The notes under the pieces were generated by a model. The model ran no database searches and had not been told where the DNA came from. It worked only from the letters and a program-made list of their open reading frames with translations. DNA of 64,000 bases. Origin: Candidatus Levyibacteriota bacterium (GTDB taxonomy: Bacteria > Patescibacteriota > Microgenomatia > Levybacterales > UBA12049). Below, piece by piece: positions 54,501 to 61,616 of the stretch. The first letter of the stretch is position 1; every line of letters begins with the position of its first letter. Location: assembly GCA_016182235.1 (NCBI GenBank), contig JACOXT010000003.1:66209-130208 (forward strand), in the 5' to 3' direction. The translations under genes were made by a program, and so were the position numbers.

Positions 54501-54867
54501 AATGGAAGTTTGGGCGCTTGATGCGCACAGAGCAAGGTATACTCTTCAGGAAATGCTGACGATAAAGTCAGATGACGTAGTAGGGAGAGCTAAAGCATTT
54601 GAGGCAATTGTTAAAGGAATAGATATTCCAACACCAAGAGTGCCTGAATCGTTTAAAGTCTTGATAAAAGAGCTTGCTTCTTTGGGTCTAAATGTAACTC
54701 CTATTGGGGCAACAATTGCTAAAGAGTTGTCCCCTGCTACTCTCGGTGAGGGAACGGCCGAGAAGAAAATTGAAGAAAAAGTAGAAAAGGATGTCTTGGA
54801 GATGCAAAAGGAGCTGAGTGCATCAGAGGTAGATGTTTCAAAAGGAGACAAAATTAATATAACCTAA
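51505..54867 (+). CDS. rpoB: DNA-directed RNA polymerase subunit beta
   Basis: 1120 aa, with GTFIINGVERTVVNQL, NLNRLTVMGTGG and GRHGNKGVISKI. Confidence 0.98.
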   Translation: MPKTDNKTDSFRINWGKEYPFLPKLDLLAIQKNSYKWFIEEGIGEILKEISPIDDFTEKNWRLELKSYRIGKPAISPEIALSKGLIYDAPLYVKAILINKKTNGTISQEVFLGDIPQMTERGTFIINGVERTVVNQLVRSPGVFFTAIQDNVTGKKLYTGEIRPIHGSWLEFSTTRYETITVKIDRRRKFLATTFLRAIGISTNEEISEVFKKLEIENGTSFIENTLQKDETGNSKDAVVEIFKKMHPGEPIVFEKVKENFDGLFFNARRYDLGKVGRYKINKKLKDFPGFSMSLEHTLTRGDVLGTISYLIKLAQGYDGVDDIDSLAHRRVRRVGELVATTAFRVGALRLERSIKERMSLIQPDVPPSIGSLINAKPIMASINEFFRTSQLSTILDQTNPLSEIDNLNRLTVMGTGGISRERAAFSIRDINSSQYGRICPIRSPEGPNIGLVTYLALYSKINEYGFLESPYRKVVKIKKGNDIFVKATNEIIYLSVDDERQYHITHAGVLSNDTINGDRVPVRYQGGFKEVEKEKVDFVDVVPRQVVGTSASLIPFVSHDETNRALMGTHMQCQAVPLVAPASPVVGTDMEKVIASVMGRIIRAPFDGKIIYADANKVTIKGSKKDEEETYDIESFKRTSQATSYTQKTMVVEGQKVKKGDILVDGPSSDKGELALGQNLLIAYASLDGLGYEDAVVVSDRLVRENVLSSIHIEKHEASVVETKLGPEETTRDIPNISEEDLANLDEEGIIVVGSDVVPGDILVGKIAPKGETELTAEERLLRAIFGEQAREVRDTSLRMPHGERGTVISVQVLDRRKGDELEPGTLRKIIIEVAQFRHVVVGDKLAGRHGNKGVISKILPVADMPCLADGTPIDIVISPISVLARMNLGQLLEAHLGWACSKLNKKVGIPVFEEIGEERIVASLRMANLPHDGKTVLYDGRTGEPYENPVVVGIEYIMKLIHMVEDKTHARSTGPYSLVTQQPLGGKAQMGGQRLGEMEVWALDAHRARYTLQEMLTIKSDDVVGRAKAFEAIVKGIDIPTPRVPESFKVLIKELASLGLNVTPIGATIAKELSPATLGEGTAEKKIEEKVEKDVLEMQKELSASEVDVSKGDKINIT

Positions 54868-54873
54868 CTTATT

Positions 54874-57800
54874 ATGATTAATAATATTGACAAAAAAATG
54901 AAGGATATCACAATCTTGGACTTTAAGGCGCTAAAGATTTCATTGGCCTCACCCCAGGATGTATTGGCGTGGTCTTATGGAGAAGTAACTAAACCAGAAA
55001 CCATTAATTATCGAACGTTACGACCCGAAAAAGATGGTCTTTTCGACGAAAGAATTTTTGGCCCAACAAAAGATTGGGAATGTTACTGCGGTAAATACAA
55101 AAGGATTAGGTATAAAGGAATAGTTTGCGACAAGTGCGGAGTTGAGGTAACCCTTTCAAGAGTTAGGCGCGAGCGAATGGGGCATATAACGCTTGCCGCA
55201 CCGGTTGCGCACGTTTGGTTTTTTAAGGGATCATCTTCTCCTTTGTCTTTACTTCTAGATATGTCTCAAAAGAATCTCGAGTCTGTAATTTATTACGCTT
55301 CTTACTTGGTTATTGGCATCGATGAGGAGAAAAAAAGTGAGGCAATGGACACATTCTCTAAATATATAGACAAGAAGAAGCAAAGCCTAAAGGGAGACAT
55401 ACAGGAAGAGGAAAAAAAAGTAAATTTGGAAATTAATAAAAAGAAAAAAGACGGAAGTACCGCCAAAAACCTGCAAAAAGGACTAATCGAGCAGGAACTG
55501 GAACTTATAAAAAGGCAGAAGATGGCAATACTCTCTGAAAGATTGGCAGAGGAAAATAGAAAATTAGATGAGATTTTTGAAGCACTTTCTAAGCTTTTGA
55601 AAAGTTTGGTTGTAGGTACGGTACTTTCCGAGGACGAATACCTTAAGATTTTGGAATACGATATTCCTGTCTTTTTTACAATTAAAACGGGAGCAGAAGG
55701 CCTTTTAGAATTATTGGAGAAAATTGATATAGCCTCACTAATATCATCTCTTAGAAAGGAAGTTTCAAAAGCTAAGGGACAAAAGTATCTTAAGCTAATT
55801 AAAAGGTTAAGGTTAATTGAATCTATTCGAAAAGCAGATATCTTGCCAACCTATATGTTGCTGTCAAATCTTCCTGTTATTCCCCCAGATCTCCGACCCA
55901 TGGTTCAGCTTGCGGGGGGAAGGTTTGCCACATCGGACTTGAACGATCTATATAGGAGGGTTATAAATAGAAATAATAGATTAAAGCACCTAATTTTACT
56001 TGGTGCCCCTCAGATAATTCTTAAAAATGAAAGAAGAATGCTTCAAGAAGCAGTAGATTCTTTGATCGATATCTCTCAACGCGGAAGCCAGATAACTTCG
56101 ACTCCTCTTCGTTCCTTATCTGACATGCTTCGTGGAAAACAGGGAAGATTTAGACAAAACCTTTTAGGTAAAAGAGTAGATTACTCAGGTCGTTCTGTGA
56201 TCGTTGTCGGTCCTCAACTTAATTTGTCGCAGTGCGGACTTCCGAAAGAAATGGCCTTAGAAATGTTTAAGCCTTTTGTTCTTCGGGAGGTAATTGTAAG
56301 AGGATTTTCTCCAAACATAAAGTCTGCTAAAAGATTTATTGAAAAGCGTCCACCTGAGGTTTTCGATATCTTGGAGGAAATAACCAAAAACCACCCAGTT
56401 TTACTAAATAGGGCTCCAACCTTACATAAGTTGGGTATTCAATCTTTTTACCCCATTTTAATTGAGGGATCTGCGATTGCCTTACATCCTTGTGTTTGCG
56501 CGGGTTATAACGCGGATTTTGATGGAGATCAGATGGCTGTCCATATCCCCTTATCCAAAAAAGCTCAGGAAGAAGCCATAAATCTTATGATGCCAAGGCA
56601 TAATCTATTAAAACCAGCTGATGGAGGAGCGATTACTCTTCCCAATAAAGAAATGGCCGTTGGAATATATTATTTAACAAGCATAGATGATGGTTTAAGA
56701 AAAGAAGATCTTCCTACATTTAGAGACATGAATTCGGCTTTATTGGCATATGATATTAAATCCGTAAAGCTTAGAGAGCCAATACAAGTTAGAATTAATG
56801 ATCAAAATGAACAAACTTCAGTTGGCAGAATTTTATTAAACAAAGCTTTGCCCGAAGCTTTTGGATTTATCAATAAGCCTGTCAATGCCTCTGGAATCAA
56901 AGAAATCGTAACAGAAGCAATTGGAAAAAGCAGTCCCGAAGAAGTAGAGTCTTTAATTGACTCGATTAAAACTCTTGGATTCTACGGAGCAACTATTTCA
57001 GGAATTTCGGTTTCTCTTTTTGATAACGAGATGATTAGTCAGAGAAAGAGTTTTATAGAAGAAGCTGACAGAAAGGCGTCCGAAATAGAAACCAATTATC
57101 AAAAGGGACTCATAACTGAAGAAGAGAGAAAAAGACTGGTAAATGATATTTGGTTAAACGCTACAGATAAAGTAGCAGATCTTACTTGGGATAACCTAAA
57201 GTCTACAAATGTCATAAAAATTATTATAGATTCTGAGGGAGCAAGAGCAGGCAAGGAGCAGTTGAAACAACTATCGGCTATGAAAGGATTAATACTTGAT
57301 CCTTTAGGAAAAATAGTTGAGTTACCGATAAAATCTAATTTCAGGGAAGGATTGTCAATATTTGAATACGTCGTTTCTGCTAGGGGCTCTAGAAAAGGAT
57401 TAACAGATTCTGCTTTAAAGACTGCAAATGCAGGATATTTGACAAGGCGTCTAGTTGATGCGTCTCACGATGTAATCATAAAAAAGGAAGATTGCGGAAC
57501 TAAGGAAGGAATTCCGGTGAGTGCTACCGAAAAGGATAGGATGACCCCATTTAGAGAGCGAATTCTAGGTAGGGTCCTTGCTGAGAAAGTTGTCTCTAAA
57601 AAGACCAAGAAAGTTATTCTGAAGGAAAATGAGGAAGTAACGGAAGAAGTCGCAAGAAAGATTATAGATAACGATGTTAGCAACGTAGTTGTAAGATCGG
57701 CTATTACCTGTAAGCTTGAGTATGGGATTTGCGCTACGTGTTATGGTTGGGACTTTAGTACAAGAAGAAGGGTAGAGCTTGGTGTGCCTGTTGGAGTAAT

Positions 57801-58587
57801 TGCCGCTCAATCAATTGGAGAGCCGGGTACTCAGTTGACAATGAGAGTTAGGCATTTTGGCGGGGTTGTTATGTCAGACGTTACTCAAGGATTGCCAAGG
57901 GTTGAAGAGCTTTTTGAAATGAGATCTCCAAAAGCTCTTTCTCCAATTGCTGAATTCTTAGGCAAGGTAAAAATCGAGACGACTAATGAGGGTTATCTTT
58001 TAAATTTAAAAAGCACTAAAATTAAGCCTGCTGTGGAGAGAGAGTATTTTCTACCTCTAACAGCGACATTAAATGTTGGAGATGGAGATATTATTGCTCC
58101 GGGAACTCAGCTTGCTCAAGGATACGTTGATCCAAAGGAATTACTTAAAATTAAAGGACTCGTCGATGCTCAGCGTTATATCATACTCGAGGCTCAGAAG
58201 GTTTATGAATCACAAGGAATTGCAATTAATGATAAACATTTTGAGGTAGTTTTACGCAAAATGTCTGATAAGGTTTTGATTGAGACGGTTGGAGATACTT
58301 CTCTTATTCCGGGAGCCTTTATAACAAAGACGAGGTTTGAAGACATAAATGTAGAGATATTGTCCCAAGGAGGCGAGCCAGCTACCGCGAGGCAAACGAT
58401 ACTCGGAATTACAAAATCAGCTCTTTATTCCGATTCTTGGCTTTCTGCTTCTTCTTTCCAAGAAACAACTAGGGTTTTGACAGAGGCGGCTTTAGAGGGA
58501 CGAGAAGATTGGTTAATAGGACTTAAAGAAAATGTAATTATAGGACGGCTTATTCCAGTTGAAGGTAAACCCCAAGATGGAGTATAA
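54874..58587 (+). CDS. rpoC: DNA-directed RNA polymerase subunit beta'
   Basis: 1237 aa, with the zinc motif CYCGKYKRIRYKGIVCDKCG, NADFDGDQMAVH and RRLVDASHD. Confidence 0.98.
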   Translation: MINNIDKKMKDITILDFKALKISLASPQDVLAWSYGEVTKPETINYRTLRPEKDGLFDERIFGPTKDWECYCGKYKRIRYKGIVCDKCGVEVTLSRVRRERMGHITLAAPVAHVWFFKGSSSPLSLLLDMSQKNLESVIYYASYLVIGIDEEKKSEAMDTFSKYIDKKKQSLKGDIQEEEKKVNLEINKKKKDGSTAKNLQKGLIEQELELIKRQKMAILSERLAEENRKLDEIFEALSKLLKSLVVGTVLSEDEYLKILEYDIPVFFTIKTGAEGLLELLEKIDIASLISSLRKEVSKAKGQKYLKLIKRLRLIESIRKADILPTYMLLSNLPVIPPDLRPMVQLAGGRFATSDLNDLYRRVINRNNRLKHLILLGAPQIILKNERRMLQEAVDSLIDISQRGSQITSTPLRSLSDMLRGKQGRFRQNLLGKRVDYSGRSVIVVGPQLNLSQCGLPKEMALEMFKPFVLREVIVRGFSPNIKSAKRFIEKRPPEVFDILEEITKNHPVLLNRAPTLHKLGIQSFYPILIEGSAIALHPCVCAGYNADFDGDQMAVHIPLSKKAQEEAINLMMPRHNLLKPADGGAITLPNKEMAVGIYYLTSIDDGLRKEDLPTFRDMNSALLAYDIKSVKLREPIQVRINDQNEQTSVGRILLNKALPEAFGFINKPVNASGIKEIVTEAIGKSSPEEVESLIDSIKTLGFYGATISGISVSLFDNEMISQRKSFIEEADRKASEIETNYQKGLITEEERKRLVNDIWLNATDKVADLTWDNLKSTNVIKIIIDSEGARAGKEQLKQLSAMKGLILDPLGKIVELPIKSNFREGLSIFEYVVSARGSRKGLTDSALKTANAGYLTRRLVDASHDVIIKKEDCGTKEGIPVSATEKDRMTPFRERILGRVLAEKVVSKKTKKVILKENEEVTEEVARKIIDNDVSNVVVRSAITCKLEYGICATCYGWDFSTRRRVELGVPVGVIAAQSIGEPGTQLTMRVRHFGGVVMSDVTQGLPRVEELFEMRSPKALSPIAEFLGKVKIETTNEGYLLNLKSTKIKPAVEREYFLPLTATLNVGDGDIIAPGTQLAQGYVDPKELLKIKGLVDAQRYIILEAQKVYESQGIAINDKHFEVVLRKMSDKVLIETVGDTSLIPGAFITKTRFEDINVEILSQGGEPATARQTILGITKSALYSDSWLSASSFQETTRVLTEAALEGREDWLIGLKENVIIGRLIPVEGKPQDGV

Positions 58588-58593
58588 TACGTT

Positions 58594-58666
58594 AATAAAT
58601 ACCAATAATCCAATAAGCAAATAAACAAATGAATTGGATTATTTGAAATTTGAATATTGGTTTATT
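58594..58666 (+). terminator. Long imperfect AT-rich hairpin between rpoC and rpsL
   Basis: aataatccaat (58604-58614) pairs with attggattatt (58633-58643). The outer arms are aataaatacc/ggtttatt. There is no clear T-run. Confidence 0.35.
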
Positions 58667-58683
58667 ACGACTGAAAGGAGTCT

Positions 58684-59175
58684 ATGCCGACTTTATCGCA
58701 ACTTTCCAGAAGAGGTAGATCTAGAAAAATAAAAAAGAGTAGATCCGGAGCTTTAAGAAGGCTTTTTAACGCGAAGGACAGAATATACAAAAATATAGTA
58801 GCTCCTCAAAAGCGGGGAGTAGTTACACTTGTCAAGACAATGACTCCCAAAAAACCAAACTCAGCACTTAGAAAAGTTGCTCGCGTTAAGCTCTCGAATA
58901 AAATGGAAGTTACAGCATACATCCAAGGTATAGGACATTCTCTTTCCGAACATGGGATAGTTCTTGTTCGCGGAGGAAGAGTTAAAGATTTGCCAGGAGT
59001 AAAATATCATATTGTTCGGGGAAAACTTGATCTTTTGGGAGTCGAAGGAAGAAAAAAGGGAAGGAGCAAATACGGAGCAAAGAAAGGTCAAGCAGGTAGT
59101 TCGCCGAGGGTGGTAGCGGGAACTGCTCCAAACGCAACTTCCGCAAAACCAGCAGCACCGGCGGCTGCTAGTTAA
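58684..59175 (+). CDS. rpsL: 30S ribosomal protein S12 with an internal insertion and an Ala/Pro-rich C-terminal extension
   Basis: [36 protein letters not shown], 163 aa. The SD aaaggag is present. Confidence 0.95.
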   Translation: MPTLSQLSRRGRSRKIKKSRSGALRRLFNAKDRIYKNIVAPQKRGVVTLVKTMTPKKPNSALRKVARVKLSNKMEVTAYIQGIGHSLSEHGIVLVRGGRVKDLPGVKYHIVRGKLDLLGVEGRKKGRSKYGAKKGQAGSSPRVVAGTAPNATSAKPAAPAAAS

Positions 59176-59208
59176 AAGTTAATTTTGATCGAACGAAAGT
59201 GAGCGATT

Positions 59209-59682
59209 ATGAGACATAAACAGGCACAAAAAAGGGAAATAGAAGGAGACGTAATCTACAAAAATAAATTAGTCTCAAAGTTTATTAACTATTTAATGCG
59301 TGACGGTAAGAAAACTGTAGCTCAAAAAGTGCTATATGGGTCTTTTGATCTCCTAAGTCAAAAAAATCAGGATCCAATTTCTGTTTTTGAGAAAGCCATT
59401 CAAAATGTCGGACCAAGACAGGAAGTGAAGGCAAAAAGAGTAGGGGGAGCATCCTACCAAATACCCATGGAAGTGAGGGGAGAAAGAAAAGTTTCTTTGG
59501 CGATAAGATGGATTGTTGATGCGGCAAGGCGTCGTTCAAATAAAGATTTTCACATATTCGAAGAAAAATTAGCAGCCGAACTTACAGACGCTTCAAATGA
59601 TCAAGGCGAAGCAATTAAGAAAAGAGATACAGCGCTTCGAATGGCGCAGGCGAATCGAGCATTTAGTCACTTTAAATGGTAA
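59209..59682 (+). CDS. rpsG: 30S ribosomal protein S7
   Basis: LVSKFINYLMRDGKKTVAQKV, QIPMEVRGERK, ending MAQANRAFSHFKW*. Confidence 0.96.
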   Translation: MRHKQAQKREIEGDVIYKNKLVSKFINYLMRDGKKTVAQKVLYGSFDLLSQKNQDPISVFEKAIQNVGPRQEVKAKRVGGASYQIPMEVRGERKVSLAIRWIVDAARRRSNKDFHIFEEKLAAELTDASNDQGEAIKKRDTALRMAQANRAFSHFKW

Positions 59683-59770
59683 TCTAATGCTCGATGAAGT
59701 CTCTCTGAAACCGCTCCATGAGCCGTATTCGAATAGAATTGAAAAGGCGAATGGTAAGGTTAATGGGACA

Positions 59771-59800
59771 AATCGCGCCTTCTCCCACTTCAAATGGTAA
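59771..59800 (+). pseudogene. Displaced relic of an rpsG 3' end (NRAFSHFKW*)
   Basis: Nine codons plus the stop encode the same peptide as rpsG 59653-59682. Five codons differ and all five changes are synonymous. Confidence 0.7.
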
Positions 59801-59806
59801 ATTTTT

Positions 59807-60333
59807 CTACTGAAGGTCAATCCCGAGGATTTTGTCACCGATCTCGATTTTTTCGACAACATCCACACCTTTTATTACAATACCAAAGTTAGTATATTCA
59901 TAAATGGTTTGGAATTAAATTCAACCGGCACATTCCCTCCTCCAGTGCCATTGCCATCTGGATCTCCTCCCTGAATTACCCAATCCTCTACTCTATGGAA
60001 AATAAGATTATTGTAAAATCCGCTTTTGGCTTTTTGTATAAAATTAGAAACAGTATTTGGCGCATCGGTAACGTAAAGAGATAACTCAATATCTCCTTTT
60101 GAGGTTTTAATTATTGCAGTATTAGCGTTAGTTTGAGAATTTTGCATTGTTTGGGAGGATGTTGGGGATGGAGTAAGATTTACTGTCTGGACAGGAGATG
60201 GCGAGGGCGTTAATGGAGCAACATTTAGTGTTTCTTCAACAGCAGGATTTTGTTTGGTTATATTGTTATTGATCATATAGACAACAAATAATCCAAGACC
60301 AATCAAAACACAAAATATTATAACTTTCTCCAT
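59807..60333 (-). pseudogene. Cyclophilin-type peptidyl-prolyl isomerase, disrupted (internal deletion plus frameshift)
   Basis: ORF 59875..60333 carries NFIQKAKSGFYNNLIFHRVEDWVIQGGDPDGNGTGG and then stops. The expected C-terminus YTNFGIVIKGVDVVEKIEIGDKILGIDLQ* is in another frame (to 59807). About 35-45 aa of the core (the RG..AMA...SQFFI region) are missing. Confidence 0.7.
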
Positions 60334-60427
60334 GTTTACTATCTTATCATAATTTATCTTCAGGTGAAGCCTTATTTAATAAAAATCAAGCCTATCGTTA
60401 TGATAATACGTATCATTAGAGTGATGA

Positions 60428-60694
60428 TTAAAAAGGTTTCTTTTTGATTCTTTTTTGCTCTTTGTATTTCTTTCTTTGATAAACCCAGCTACTTCCTTTT
60501 GAATTTGGTATTTTTGCCGACACATCTTCTATCTTCTGCCAGAATTTATCTTTCTTTTCATCTGAAAGAATTTTTTCAACCATCTTCTTATATCCCTCAC
60601 CTGAATATTTAAGATTTAAACTTACTCCAGCAATAGTACCAGGGGTAACCCTTAGAATTTTTCCGATGGACAGGTAGTTCTTGATTATTACCAA
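60428..60694 (-). CDS. TrpR/YerC-like HTH fragment with lysine-rich tail (probably truncated)
   Basis: PGTIAGVSLNLKYSGEGY resembles the TATISRV..CLNYG..GY end of YerC/TrpR-like proteins. The N-terminal helices are absent, and the start is TTG. Confidence 0.4.
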   Translation of the reverse strand: MVIIKNYLSIGKILRVTPGTIAGVSLNLKYSGEGYKKMVEKILSDEKKDKFWQKIEDVSAKIPNSKGSSWVYQRKKYKEQKRIKKKPF

Positions 60695-60820
60695 AATCCT
60701 GAAAGAAAGGAAAATAAAATTACTAGATTATTTGTTAAGCCGCTCAACGGAACATGGCAGCGCGATCTTGCTGAATTCGATACTAGTACAGAAGAGGGAA
60801 AAGTTGCGCTAAATGAATAT

Positions 60821-61429
60821 TTGGCAAAGGTTACAGAAGATACACTGGTACAAGAATTTGTTCCTCACGAGAAATGGTTGCGATACATGCGTTACCAAAA
60901 TAATAAAGACCATGTGTATGTTGCATGTTTTGAGTTTACAGAGGATGAATCTCCCACAAGCAAACGGGTAAATATACCTTACTTTGGAAGAAAAATACGA
61001 CATAGAGCTGCAGGAGTAAATCTAAACGAGCTTCTTACTAGCGTTTTTAATACTTCCGTAAGACCTTTGAGCAACAATGACAATAAATTGGGGAATCTCA
61101 ATAGGTTTATGGATGAATTTTCGACAGCATTAGAAGATAAATTGGGAGGCGCAGTTTCTTTATTGAGCGTTGATCTTGGAGTCTCTAATATGGAGCAATT
61201 AGGAGGAGAGTATGATTTTGAAAGAATCAAGAATTCTGTCGCATTTTTTGAAACACAGACATTTCCTCAATCCTGGGCACACAATAGACTTCTTATCTTT
61301 CCCTATCCTGTTAAAACTTATATTCATTTCTGGAAAGCGTTTATGCAAGAGCATGGAAAGGATATGGTTGCTAGAGCAATAACTCTGAAAAAATCCATGA
61401 GTCAAAAAGCAAGAAACATCATAGAATAG
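60821..61429 (+). CDS. Hypothetical protein (at least 202 aa), start uncertain
   Basis: The frame is open from about 60655 with no ATG before the TTG at 60821, so it may be a 5'-truncated gene remnant. No motif was recognised. Confidence 0.4.
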   Translation: MAKVTEDTLVQEFVPHEKWLRYMRYQNNKDHVYVACFEFTEDESPTSKRVNIPYFGRKIRHRAAGVNLNELLTSVFNTSVRPLSNNDNKLGNLNRFMDEFSTALEDKLGGAVSLLSVDLGVSNMEQLGGEYDFERIKNSVAFFETQTFPQSWAHNRLLIFPYPVKTYIHFWKAFMQEHGKDMVARAITLKKSMSQKARNIIE

Positions 61430-61498
61430 AGATGGAAAGTATGGTATACTAGTTACAATCTCAAATTTCAAAGCTTAAATCTCAAAACTGACCCTTAG

Positions 61499-61563
61499 GT
61501 CATCCTGAAGAAGCTACGCGACTGAAGGATCTCGTGAGATTCTTCGCTTAAGCTCAGAATGAC
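61499..61563. repeat. GC-rich palindromic repeat (gtcatcctgaag...cagaatgac) nested in a long AT-rich inverted repeat
   Basis: The terminal arms are gtcat/atgac. The outer AT-rich arms are 61455-61492 and 61572-61607. Confidence 0.65.
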
Positions 61564-61616
61564 AATTTCTTGTCAGATTTGATATTTGAGTTCTAAGATT
61601 TGAGTTTATTTTTATT

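Noticed and set aside
59597-59800. 67-aa ORF overlapping the rpsG end
   Set aside because: It starts inside rpsG in another frame. Only its last nine codons are meaningful, as the rpsG relic.
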